Positions 38,282 to 51,480 of a stretch of DNA of 64,000 bases are shown piece after piece; within the stretch, counting starts at the first letter, position 1; each line of letters begins with the position of its first letter. The notes under the pieces were generated by a model. The model had not been told where the DNA came from. It was given only the letters and a program-made list of their open reading frames with translations, and did not search any database. Both the position numbers and the translations under genes were made by a program. The DNA is from Utricularia gibba (taxonomy: Eukaryota; Plantae; Magnoliophyta), in assembly GCA_002189035.1 (NCBI GenBank), contig NEEC01000020.1:1426001-1490000 (forward strand), read 5' to 3'.

Positions 38282-41200
38282 TGGGAATAGGGTAACGATG
38301 AAGATAGCCCAAGAGAAACTCTCAGCCTAAGCTGATAGGTTGCATCTTAGCAGCAAGAGGTCGATATTTATATACAAAATGTCTCTTCATCACTCCCAAG
38401 AAAGACTTCAGTGACAGCGAGTGTGAGTGGGTTGAGATTCAATTGATTGAGACTCAAGGGGAGGAAGGAAAACACAGCTATGCAAAATGGCCACCTCCCT
38501 TCATTTATTGCCTACATCCAACTCCCCTCAACTTCAATTCTTGTCTCCTATAAAAATAATGAGAATGAAAATGAAAATGAAACTTATTTACATAAAATAA
38601 TTTTTATTAAAGAACAATTTCAATTCAGCTATGCTTGGTGGATTAGTTTGGACAGGTTTGAATGGATATAGATTATATTTTATGTGTTTGATACAAAATT
38701 TTATTAAACTCATAAAAAAACAAAAACATTAAATCTTCATTTCTTTTATTTTAGCCAAACATGCCCTTCATTTGTCATAATTTACTCAAGAATACTTGTC
38801 AGCCATTTCGTTAAAAACTACCTATGTCTTGAGTCTAGACAGATGGTTCATCTACTACACATCCGAATATAAAAGATATATAGTTAGGTTATTTTTGGAT
38901 CCGATCCAATTGAAATCGAACCTGGTACAAAATTTTGAAAATTGTTTGAATTTTCGTTGCACAGTTTTGATAATTTGAGGTGTTTTTTTTTGTAATTTTG
39001 AAATTTAGAGGTTACACTCTTTATACTGATTGAAAATTGAGATTTTTTTTTTGGAACTTTGACATTATAAGTCATATACTTTTTTTAAAAAAGAATGATT
39101 GATTTTACTTGAAAATTTTCGTTAAATTTTTCATTTTTTTGTTGTGCAGTCACCCTCAACGCCATTAATTGGTGTGGGACTTTTTTTTTTAATTTTTGTC
39201 TGTACATTGGAGTTTGCGTTTGAAGATTTTCTAAATTTTTTTCCATTTTTTCAATTTATTAATTTTAAGAAAAATTAAAAAAATTTATTCGTGGCGTTAG
39301 TAACGATTTTGGAAAAAATTGATCCACAAACAGTAATATCTTGAATAAAAAAAAACCACACGTACTATTGTGCAATATTCAATAAACTGTACGCCTCAGA
39401 ATTAAAACTATGCCATTTTTCTTTGTTTGCAATAAAACCCTCGCAGGAGATTGTGCGTGGATTAAACTCAATTGTGTGGTACATGTAGTGTGCATCGGTA
39501 AAGCAAGTTGGTTGAGCACCTCGTCCAAAAACTGTATCGTGGGTGCAACGACGATTGTAAAAGAGAGAAACCAAGACAAGGACGTGAAACAAGAAAACAA
39601 TTGGAAACTACCGCATACTAATACTATTTGTTGCGTTTTACAAAATTCTGTATTCCAACAAATTCCTCTAGGCCATATTTGATAGCTATACTAACAGATA
39701 TTATTCCGATATAAATTTATTCATGATATTAGAATAAATTTAAAAAGTGATGACATGTGAAAAAAATGTATGCTGATAATAAGAGAAAAAAATATCTTGA
39801 GAAAAACTTATATTGAATACTACACACATATTATATATCCCTACTTATACCAACTACCAAATACAACAAGGAGCCTGCAAAGACATTCCAATAGGTGGTC
39901 GCAGCAGGATGGATATATTACATTACAATGCTGGTATGTGAGTGAGCTATAATAAATGCCCAACTTGTTAATCAGCAAAAATGAAACACATGAGAATTAG
40001 AAGCACGAAAAAGAGTAGCAGGTGGATAGTGATTTAGGGGACAGGTCTCTCAAGAAACTAAGTCATGTCCTGGTCAACCCATCGGACGCATAATATCCCA
40101 AGTCGTGGTACACTACACTTTACTATATTAGGTGTCGTATGGTGCGCATGTATTGTATTGTATTGTATGATTGAGGTTGATTGCCATGGGGCCGGGGGTG
40201 CCCGCCCCCTCAACCGCATCTGCGGTCCGGCCATTAAAGGCTTCCCGTGTTGGGTGCCACAGTTGTCGTCCAGAATCATGCCCTGCGCAAATACATTAAA
40301 AGACATGCCCCCACCCGCTCCTGCTGCTTATCTGCTTCGAGGTGGATTGGATTAGTAGTTCCATGGGGATGACTTTTTCCCATTCTTTTCATTCAGAACC
40401 ACACGTTATAATCATGTTTTTTTTCAGTTTCAGTTACACTTGAATTAGCCCTGGCCTCCGGTCCCATGCGTATCACTTAGAATGTTGAATGTGGTTGTAG
40501 AGTTGTAATCTGTTCGGAACCGACCACAGTACTATATGAGCGTCATTGAAAAAATAAACAACTCATTCAGTGCAACACCTAAATCGGTAACCCAATGTTC
40601 TAGAATATTTTCATTAATGCTTCAGGATTCTTAATGGTCAGATTAATTGGTGACATAAAATCATATGTAACTAATCAAATATTCAATTTCATAAACTCTC
40701 CATGTGACAAATTTTTTTTTGCAACTGCTTTGGACGCCAACTCACTCGCTTGTGGTGGTTTTCTTCTCCTCATTGAATCCAACACACATGTCTAAAGATT
40801 TTTAATATAAACATTATTCAATCATAAAAACATTTTTATTAATTTATGCTTCAACCCCACCACAAGGCATCATTGTGCCATGTGTGTGTTGTATTGGGAG
40901 TACATAAATTATTAATGATTTAGTTCAATAACAACTTAGCCTAAATCAATAAAACAAGTATAAAGATTCAAAAATACTACTTCAAGCGTTAAAATCGGTC
41001 AAAAATTATATCTCAAATTTCAAAAGTCCCACATAATATCTTTGATTTATTAAATATTGTTGTAAGACTTTTGAAATTTGAGATACATTTGTTAACCAAC
41101 TTTCACAATTGTAGTAGTATTTTGGAACTTTTTCCATTAAACAATATAGCAATAGCACGTGATTTACATTGTGTTATGGGGGTTTGAAGATTTCTAATTT

Positions 41201-43693
41201 TATTACGTTTTACGTAATATTATGTATTTAGAGGCAAGGTTTACGGAAAACAAGTAGAAAACAAATAGATACTAACCCAACAATTAAGAAAATCGAATGC
41301 TCACACAATAGGGAGTACGATTCTTTCCGTGGTGTCCATCAAAAAGTGTATATGACATGATTCAATAATTTTAGAAATTTCAAATTTTGGAATGCACCTT
41401 TCAATAACACTATCATTTCATTTTATATATAAATATGGATCATCTCAAATGTAATATTTAGTGTCATTTCTCAATTTTTTCTGGCATACTAATCCATTCT
41501 TATTGGCATAATTCTCATGACAATAAAATTAATAGTATCAGCAAATCACAGTTAGAATACTTAGCATCACTTTCGGTCTTGTTGAGATGGTTGGCCACTG
41601 GCCTACCAGGTTTTAAGGGTATGTCTTGAATTTCAAATTAAATTCTTGAACAATAAGGACCCATATGATAATTCTAGGTTTGGAGTTCCTCTTTTCCATT
41701 GAGTACTTCATTACCCAATGATTCATGTAATGATCAACTTTGTTTTCCAATAAATAATGTCTACATTTTTCTAGTGAAAATACTACAAAAAAAACTCCTT
41801 ATTTGTCATAGAATCATCAAAATTAAATTCCACATCTCGATGCAAAAAACTTTATATAAGGCAGAGTGATCAATCCCAGAAACATTTAAAATAAATCTTC
41901 TATAAAACCTACGAAAGATCTCATCCCTTTCACATCAATGCTATGTGAAATTTGGATATAATGTCCAAGAACAGTTATATGATTAAACATAAAATGCTGT
42001 TTTTTAGAATCCACCAAAAAATTTTCTCAACACATTTATTTAACATTTGATCAAAATAATTTAGATGAGGGTTATAATCTTCTCTATACATCGTAAAATT
42101 ATAGATAAATATTTCATTGAAATATTTTGTAAAATTTGAGAAGAGTTGAAATATAACTGGAGTTGCAAAGTATAAAAAGTATTCTTTAATATGCATAAGT
42201 TCCAAATGGATCGGTGAAAGTCGTTGGTGTTGCCCTAAAATACGAATTTTATTGCCAATCTTTCTAACATTTGATCAATTAAAGATAGAAGATAATGATA
42301 TTTCCTCATAACTTCACTTAGATTCTTATAATCAATGCATACTTGTCATCCATTTTGAATTCTTTCTCATTAGTCACAGATTCATTTCTATCTTTTCTGA
42401 CACAACATTATATAGGGCTCACTCATTCATTATTAGTGATATGTGCATCATGAAGTTTCAAAATCTCCATTTCAACTTCCATCATATTGGGATTTAATCA
42501 CATTTGAGATTGTCAAATTGGTTTGATGTCATCTTTTTGAAGAATCATATGTAGGCATGTTAAAGAACAAATTCCCTCGATATCATCTGAAGTCTAGCCA
42601 ATTGCATTCTTATGCTTGATCAACATCTCGAAAGATTGTGACTCTTTGTTAGAGCTAATACTATTGAAGATGATAGCAAAGTTTTCAATTCAATATTTGA
42701 GATATATACTTCAAATGTAATGACAAGAGTTTCAATTCTGCCATTCTCTCCTCCTTTGTTGTGTCTTGCATAACACTTAAATACCTTGACTTTGTTTCAA
42801 TTTTCTATTTTTTCAAAAATAATTATTCATGAGCTATTTTTTTTTTTTTATTTTCTTCTTCCTAGCTCTCTTTAACAAGCCCTTCATCACATCCACTGAA
42901 AAATACTATAAAAAATCATTGGATAATTTTTTATGTCCTTCATCTCAAGTATGACTTTGTTTTCATAAAAGAATATCTGAATAATACCCATTTTCACTGT
43001 TATGGGGAAGGAAATTGTTCTCTCATATCCAAAGAAGATTAACTACCACCTGATAAGGTTACTTATCACTCTCATGGTAGGAAAGCATAACTGGGCTGAC
43101 GGAATTAGAGTAAGGAGGAGACAAGTTCTAGGTGAAATCTTGCCTTATTAAACACCAATTCAAAGAAATTCAAAGTGAATCAGGGAGACAAGACCTCCAA
43201 ATTCCTCTGATGAGGTGTTCATTCGTGTACCCCATTCATTGTTAGGTCTAGGAGCCATGTTGAGCGCCTCACCTATATAGTCTATGGGGGATTAATGGAC
43301 TTTTCCAAAATTAGAAGAATATTGTGTGACTGTTGAATGATATTGTTAGGGAAATGTGGAGAAAAGAGGAAGTCTCATGTCGTCATCTTATTTTATGTAG
43401 ATATATAAATAAAATATGAGAAAGGAGTAAGAACCAAATTTTTTGGTAAATGAAATCACCAAAAGAAGGCAAAACCAACTTCTCTAAAGTTCTTGTAACT
43501 TTATGGGTGACTTTGTCCTTCTCACTTTCAAGTTCATTATGAAACCTTTTTTTATGGTGTGCCAGTATCTCTGGTTTTCTTGTTTCTTACCATTCTTTGT
43601 CTTTTGATATGACCCTTCGAATCTGAAGTGTATAGCAAATCAATTTGTTGCTTTCCCATGAGACAATTTTTCACTTGAGAAAGATGACTCTTA

Positions 43694-44212
43694 GTGCGAG
43701 TTTGGTTGGGCTGATTATGTGGGTTTCAAGGTGGGTTTAGCATTAAACTCACGTTTGATACGTGGGTTGCAAATGGGTATATATATGCCTGCCTACTGCC
43801 TCTATACTCGGCGGAAACTCATTGAGCCTAGTTTACTTAAATCTATGAGGGGTGATCTATTTAAAAAAACACATGTTGTGCCTTCCAATTTTGCCCTTAC
43901 ATTATTGTGTATTTGAACCCAGATCCACCAGTTTCCAGCCACAAGCATCATGAATCGCAGGTGTTGCATTCTATCAATTGGGTGCTACTTGTGGGTCTTC
44001 TGGTGCATTTTTTTTTTCTGATATTAGTGGGTTACTTTTCCAGTACCGTCATAAAATCCATGCCTCTACCATGAAGATATCTGGTAAACTCCATGGGTAC
44101 ACTTTGATGAGCCTATCTTGGTTGTTGGTGTCATTATTCTGTGGAATTCATTTATCTAAATTCAAATAAATTAAATCTGGATTTAAGCATTACCCACCAA
44201 TCAAATGCACCC
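43694..44212. mobile_element. Tourist-like MITE abutting the larger Harbinger element
   Basis: TTA at 43691-43693 and 44213-44215. Degenerate TIRs match at about 11/16. Subterminal gtgggtttc/aaac.cacgtttg motifs are shared with the neighbouring element. Confidence 0.45.
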
Positions 44213-44215
44213 TTA

Positions 44216-47093
44216 GGGCGCGTTTAGTTGCTGGGTTTAGGTGGGTTGCGGTGTGGATTTAGTCATAAACCCACGTTTGGTTTGTGGGTTTCAGGTGGGT
44301 AAAAATAAGCCCACTTGTTGACTATAAACCAAGCGGGAACCCGTGGAGCTGGGTTTAGCTAAACCCAAGGAGGGGAGGTCGGTTTAGCTAAACCCAGCTC
44401 GGCACTTCCACTTTTGCCCTCTCGTGAACTGCATTTGAATGCAGGTCTACAACCCAGAATTCGTTCGTGCTTTGCCAGTGGCGTCACCTGTTCTTTGAGC
44501 GCAAGAGGGTGGGTCTTTTGGTAAGTATGCAGCTACCCCATTTTCTAGAAATTGTGTTTCAAACAAGTGAATGGGTCTGGGCTTCCAAGAACACCCAGCA
44601 ACTCCACTAGCAACCATCATAAGAACTAAAGAAGATATAGCAGATTTTGGGCTAATTGACGTTATTAGTGAAAGCACTTTCACAAAGATCATTTCTGCGC
44701 TAGATGAGACAATCAGTACTGTCCTTGATTATTTGCTAGATGCAAAGGTAAGATCCTCATTGTGGAGCATGCCATCTCATTCTCCAGTTCATATGTGAGC
44801 TGTGTTGTTGATTTTGTTTTTCCGCAGGCCGATGAAAGGAGAAAAGGGGATGACCTTTTAGGCTGTGTAAGGATAGCTGGGAGGCGATTTCTTTCTCCCA
44901 TCTCTACTAATCAGTAGTTTTTTTTTATTTGTAAATGCTTTATCATACTAAATTTATGATTTTTTTTTTTATGTTTTTGCATCATATTAGGCAGTAATTT
45001 CATTTGTAGGAAGGCTTTATGATAAACATTATTTTTTTTAAATGTTGTAGGACAATTAGTATTTTTTGGACTTTGGTTTTAGTTATCTTGCTGAAGCACC
45101 CCTTGCATGCAAAGAGAAGGTTGAAGAACTTCTTGGTTATAGGGGCAGGAAGAGTTAAAGTTAAACCTGCAATAGTCCAGTAGTTTTTTCCTTGATAGTT
45201 TGAGTAGCCAAGCTTAATTTTTTTTTTTTTTGTGTTTGACAGCAATCTCTCTTGTGTATCCTTTTTGCTCCCTTTAATGTGTCAAATGACAATGGAGAAT
45301 GATGGATGCAAGATTTTTTTTGCTTCTGGCGCTATTGAGGCAGTAAGAATATTTTTTAATATGCTAATGCACTTTCTAGGTTTTATGTATATTTTACTTC
45401 AGGATTTTGCGCCGTTTTCAGGTGGTAGGATACCCAATAAAATTGATAGATTCAAGTGATTCTCAAGTTGAGGATTCCAATTCTATATTCTTGGCCTATG
45501 ACACAAATTTAAATACCCTTTTGAAGGTAGATCTTTGAACTTTATGTAATGATGAACGTAAGGTGATTGGAGCTGTAATTTGTTTTTCTTTTTAACTTTC
45601 TGCAGCGGGAATGTCATCACTTTTTGTCATATGAATCTTACCATATGGATCTCATGTGAACTATCGTATGCTGACCTTGTTAGTTTTTAATCGATCACTG
45701 ATCACGATGGCACCGCATGTTGTAACATCCGGTGCCACCACTGGATTTGAAACCTTGTGTCTAGATGTGGTGCTTCGTAATATGCAACACCAATACGGTG
45801 CTAGTCCATCACTACTCGATAGCACCGCTCTGAATGTGGCGATAGTTGCAGTACGGTGTTTGCGGAAGAGTGCTCAATAGCGAAGCACCACAATTGTTCA
45901 TACGCGGTGCTTCCACATACAAAGTCAGAACACTGTCTACCCTTTGCAGTGCTCATATTAGTTTAAAGGATGATTAGAAGATGAAATACACCTAGTCCAT
46001 GAGTCCAACATAAGGTGGAGCACCACACAACAGATTTAAGATCTACGTTCGGATACTAAACCACGCACAATAAGCTCTCTTTCACAGTCTCTAGAGGCAA
46101 GGAAATAGTGCAACCTCGCAGGGTTGGAACTAATCGTCTCTGCTATGGTAAAACGTTTGATGGCAGTTAATTGCACCGACATACCTCTAATGATCTCCCC
46201 TGCCTGACGCTGATTATCCACCAACTCCCGCGCTTGCTGCACCACTGTTAATCCCAAGTGACGTAGCTCTTCGCATGTGCGCACGTTAAGCTCCTTCATT
46301 TCTGTGATAAACTGCACATCATCATCGATTCCCCTCGGTCCCCTGCCGCTTCGTCCAATCCGCCACAACGAGTCCATGCTGTTGTGTGATACAGAGTCCC
46401 TACTAGGCGTGATGTTCACACCCTCCGCAGCACAACCAATTGGGTCACAAGGTGTGTCAGCATACAAGAAGTTAATATCGTGTCCAGTGCTATCCGGGTC
46501 CAGAGGGCAATCCGGCTTCTAGGCGCGTTTCGTTTTTTTGTGAGACTCTTCCACCACGTTTGGGCTATGCATACCTGCAATCTGTGATGGAGAAAAGAAA
46601 ACAGCAAAAAAAAAGCACCTACACCGAACACTACCACAAGTAAACCGTAAAATTCACTCAAAATTCAACGGATTTCAAACGAGAAACTCTGCGCAACTAA
46701 GGGAGTATACAAATTGAACTTAACCCATGGCTCTTCACTCTCAATTACTTGTGAAAACGAGAGATCTCGTCGAGCGGCAGCACCGCGACAACCGACTGTG
46801 AAAATCGGTGGACGAAGGGGGTAATGGTAATAAAGAGGAATATGTATGAATGGGTAAAGTCGGTGTGAAAGCCGGTGGATGAGTATGAAAGGCTATATTG
46901 GTAAATTCCCATGAAAATTGTGTATAAACCTAATTTTATACCCACCTACCAAACGTGGGTTTATTTATACCCAAATAATGTAAACCCATCAACCAAACAT
47001 GATTGACAGAAACTAAACCCACAAAACCGGATTTCCCTAAACCCAAATAAACTAAACCTAGGTTTAGGCGAAACCCAGCAACCAAACGCTCCC
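44216..47093. mobile_element. Non-autonomous PIF/Harbinger element carrying a captured host-gene fragment and a Myb-ORF-like remnant
   Basis: 23-bp TIRs GGG(C/A)GCGTTT(A/G)GTTGCTGGGTTT match at 21/23, with TSD TTA on both sides. The minus-strand ORF 46036-46467 ends like the C-terminus of a Harbinger Myb ORF (IAETISSNPARLHYFL). Confidence 0.85.
44640..45660 (+). pseudogene. Intron-containing fragment of a plant neurochondrin-family gene inside the Harbinger element
   Basis: Exons at about 44645-44747 (ALDETISTVLDYLLDAK), 44828-44883 (KGDDLLGCVRIAG), 45083-about 45155 (SYLAEAPLACKEKVEELLGY), 45243-45342 (FLLPLMCQMTMENDGCK) and 45422-45526 (IFLAYDTNLNTLLK). They match the recalled plant neurochondrin C-terminal half in order. 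Exon 3 has a deletion/frameshift. Confidence 0.85.
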
Positions 47094-47879
47094 TTAAGGA
47101 ATTAATATTCTTACAAACCAACTTATGAAATGTGGCGTCACACTCATAAGAGAAAGAAGAAGATGGAAGTGATGAACTAGACTAGATACTAAAAACAAAA
47201 CTTGATAAATCTAATCTTTTTTTTAAAAAATACTCAAAATAGGAGCATTGCTTTTAAAATACATTATACATAAGAACTGTCCATTATTTAAAGTGAGCCC
47301 CTTCTTATATAGCTAGACAATGAATCTATTCAAATGAAAAGTTCTATTAGTATTCATGGGTTGGAAAAGAAAAGTAGAGCACATAGATCCAACATCATCC
47401 TTTTTAATCCATTTTGTTAAAGTTGAACTCAATGCTATATTCTCTTAAGCATGTTGTAGGTATTATCATTGATCTTATTTATGACTGCCTCATGTTTGGA
47501 AATCTTTCCTTGTGACACCGTACTCAAAATCAATCTCTTGACATAACTATAATCTTTTTTCTATGTTTGCTTTCTATGCATATTGCTTGTTTTTGGCTTA
47601 TGTTGCATTCCAACATTCTCATGAAGTGTTATAATGGCATAAGCTCTCTTTGCATCATCAAAGCTATAAAATTCATTAATGTAACAAGTCAATAGGAATA
47701 CGAAGATGAAATACATACTCAACTTCAAAAGGAGAGCATTGGGTAGAAGAATGTATTGTTCTATTTTGCAAAAAATCCACATGAAGCAAGCAATCTTCTC
47801 ATTTTCTAATACTCTTTTTTATCATAGGGTTCGATTTGTTATCTTAGTTTGTGTATTAGTTTTTTAGGTGACAAGTGGT

Positions 47880-48560
47880 GGAAAAAAAGAATCCAGGAAA
47901 GTGGCAAAAATGTCAAAAACATCGTGAAAGAATTGGTTTCAAAAACTAAAAACATCAAAAAAACGAAAATAAAGTAGTAAGAGTTCTGGTTTCCACTTGC
48001 TATTGTTCCTGGGCCGGAACAGTAGCACTGGACTGGGTCTTAGTCTTTGTTCTTCAAGCTGGAGTTTCCTCTTCAGAAAATCGCCTTTCTTTCTCCTTCT
48101 GGTTCAATACTCGTCGTGTTGGAGTTGGAGTTGTTGCGGGAGAAGTCCCATCATGTGTGTTATGAACACTTGTCTCACCCCTGCCCCCTTTTTTTCGAAA
48201 ATATCTTTCTCCTTTACTCCAATGCACTGTTCCTGACATCAGCACTATTCTTGACCTGAACTTGCAGACTGTAGACGGCAGAATAGTGCTTTTTTGTCTC
48301 TCTTTGGATGTTGTGCCCTTTTCTACTTATTTCACACGTTTGTGAGTCTGATTTTGCTGTTAATCTTCCTGTTGAATTTAGTCAAATATTAGTAACAAAG
48401 GTGGTGGACTAAATCAAAGGATTTAGTCTACTTTTCAACATAAACACACATAATTAACATACACACACATAAAACTTGAAAAACCACATATACCTAACCT
48501 AAAACACAATAAAACATAATCATTTTGTATTATAAAATTTGGAGAAAATGTGTGTTATCA
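47880..48560 (+). mobile_element. 5'-truncated LTR related to 4446-5846
   Basis: Aligns with about 5200-5846 (ccggaacagtagcact, tgaacttgcagactgt) and ends aaaatgtgtgttatca. Confidence 0.75.
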
Positions 48561-48959
48561 GGGTCTATATTGGACCCATAGGGGTTTGAACTCAACCCAT
48601 GTGAGATTCTGGGTGCTGCAAGTTACATGACCCATGCATTTGTTTTTCCCACTCAACCCAAACGAGTTGGACCTAGGGGGTTTTGATTGGGCCCAAACCG
48701 AAACCAGGTTTTATGGGTTTCTTTTATTTTTTATTATTTAATATTTTTTTATAAATTCGTTCAAAAGAAACTTAAAACAAACTGAAAATTTTAATACTTT
48801 TAAGTATTAATAAAAATAAACCAACAAATTTAAATATGAAGCATAATAATCCAACAACCAAAATATAAACAAGAAAACCATATATACCATTACATATTTC
48901 AGTCTAATCAACCAACATAATTTTAATATTGAAATGCTACTTTATATTACAATAAGTGG

Positions 48960-51180
48960 TTTATCCTAATTCTATACATATTGCTTTCCTACAGATTTCA
49001 AGTGTGATTATCATTATCACCATCTTCATTCTCATTTCATGCATGTTGTTTTTGCACCTTTGGTTGCATCCAATCCTTCAAACATATGCATGCCTTTATT
49101 GTTTTTCTATTTATAAACTTTCTTACAATGCTTACAAATAGCCTCTTCATTTTCAGCATTATATTAGAATGATCTCTTCAGTAAATATCGCAAACGACCT
49201 CGTATCTGCTACACTGTTTTCAAGAAACATGCAACTCGCATGTGATAGTATCAATATTCTTAAATTCTTGCATGTATCTATTAAAATATTTTTGACTCTG
49301 CGCATGCTTTAAGCTCTCATGGTCTGTATAAATGATAAACTCTTTATACCACACATAATGTTTCCAAGATTCTAAAATTCTCACAAGTGAATACTCTTCT
49401 TTGTCATAAGTTAGATAATTGAGAGTGGCTCTACCAAACTTTTCATTATAATATGTTATGAGCACCCTACTTGCATTAGAACATTATCTATCCACCTCTA
49501 GAAGCATCACATTCAATTTGAAATATTTTAAAAAAATCACACAATGCAAGAAAAGTGGTAGAATTAAGCTTATTCTAAAATTACTTAAATTGCTTAAAGG
49601 CTGGCTCTTGAACTTATCCCTAAAAAAATTGAACATTCTTCTATATTGCCTCATTCAATAGTGCAGCCATATTAATAATGCGCTTGACAAAACATTGATA
49701 AAAACTAGCCAAGCCATGGATGTTGTTAGGATGGTTGCATTTAAATTTTATTTAGTTGATGAGTCAAGGTCTTTGTACATACTCCATATCATCACTATTG
49801 AAGGAGTGATTGATGCTAACATTATTCCTTCTTTCACAATGCATACTCTTTGCCTTAACTATCAAATTCCAAATATTTATTCTATAGTGCATTCCTTCAC
49901 TCACACAAGCATGTATTCTTCCTCTTTCATGAGATCTATTGTTCTCTTTTTGCTTTTGAAAGTTATTTGGTGATTGCTCATGTTTCTCTAGTACTTCATA
50001 CATGTTTAGTCAATCGAACTCGTGTTGTATGGCATTGAACAAGAAGCAAACATCAATATCAACTCTCTCTTTTTTAGAGTATAGGTGAAAAAAGAGGACA
50101 AACAAAAAAGAGAAGAATGAAACATAAACAAAATTAAGAAAGTTAAATGTCACATCTCTATTACTTGTAGCACCTCCAAACCTTGATTCTTCTTGAACTT
50201 CAAGATTTAAAAAACCTTTCTGGATTAGTCGAGAATCGGTTCAATAGGTATATGGGAGATAGGTGAGCTCCAAAGACCTAGAATTGAAGTAAAAATTTAG
50301 TTTTTGGCAAGAATAAAGTTGGATTTGTAGGCAAAAATTTCTAATAGGTGACAAGAATTATAATGGGTGAGAAGAGTAATGAAGGAATGATAGTACTTGT
50401 TACAAGATTTGATGATACATGAGAAATAGAAAAATAAATCACACATATAATACATATAGTGCCAGTTCCAATACTAGAAAAAGAGGTTGGCTGGTTTTGA
50501 CAATGGAGAATGAAAATATTGCTTGTTAAAATGGAAAAGTGGATAACTTCTGAAGCTAGGAAATGGATTGCTTCTGAGACTAGAAAAGAGTATTGCTTCA
50601 GAAGTACAAAAAATGGATGAGGTTAGGATCCCTTCTCTTCTTTCACCTTTTTTTTTTGTACAGGTAAGTAAGAATATGATATTAAAAGAAAAAAACTAGT
50701 TTTTTATTTTGATTTCAGTTATGAGAAAAAGATAATAGAAGAACGTGAGAAACATCTTTCTTTTAGGGATAGCAGAAAGAACACACAAAGTGACTCTTTG
50801 CCCAACTTTTTCTTTGCTTTCCTCAATATCATGGACGTACAATTTTCTCCTCAATAAGAATTTGGATTTGCTTCATTTCAGATGGAAAACTCCCATTTTT
50901 ATTTTCAACTCTACAAATTATGTTTATTTGTTACCATAATGAAATCATCACCAAATTATTCTTTGGTAGAGTCATGTTGAAGAAAGTGCTTGGAAGGGCA
51001 TTATTAGTTGAAGAAAGGAATGATAAGATATCACCAGTGGGGAAAAGATCTAAGTATGTAATCTCCTTCAACAACCTCACATATAAAGTTCAGGATATCA
51101 AGAGACTAGAGAAGAGGTACCTTAGGCATTCTCATGAAGAACCAAGGGAAAAAGGAATATAGTCTCAACAAGGAGCATTA
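48960..51180. mobile_element. Fragmented CRM-like gypsy pol remnants
   Basis: Minus-strand RNase H-like [32 protein letters not shown] (49220-49465), plus a plus-strand integrase C-terminal-like piece at about 51000-51120. Confidence 0.6.
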
Positions 51181-51184
51181 TTAT

Positions 51185-51480
51185 TGATAAACATGAAATT
51201 TTGTAAGTCACTATACAATTCATAATATCTATATCAAATAAATTTATAAACCTTATTCTCAATAAAACATTATGCAAATATGAGCATAGTGGAATTAGGG
51301 TTGAACACGAAGAGTGAGATGTTTCTTGTGTAAAGGTTAATGCATTCTGTTTCATCATGATTGAATATTAAGTTTAAGATAAGACTAACATAATTTAATG
51401 ACAGTATACATCAAAGGTAATAAACAAGCAAATCACATTACTCTATAGAAAGAAATAATGTAATGCCTCAAGTCTTCCAA
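51185..51480 (+). mobile_element. 5' part of a TGATAA-family LTR
   Basis: tatcaaataaatttataaacc...atgagcatagtg...ggttgaacacgaagag, homologous to 8096 and 61636. The end was not resolved. Confidence 0.6.

Noticed and set aside
40180-40400. Possible miRNA precursor
   Set aside because: No match to conserved plant miRNAs I recall and no long fold-back was seen.
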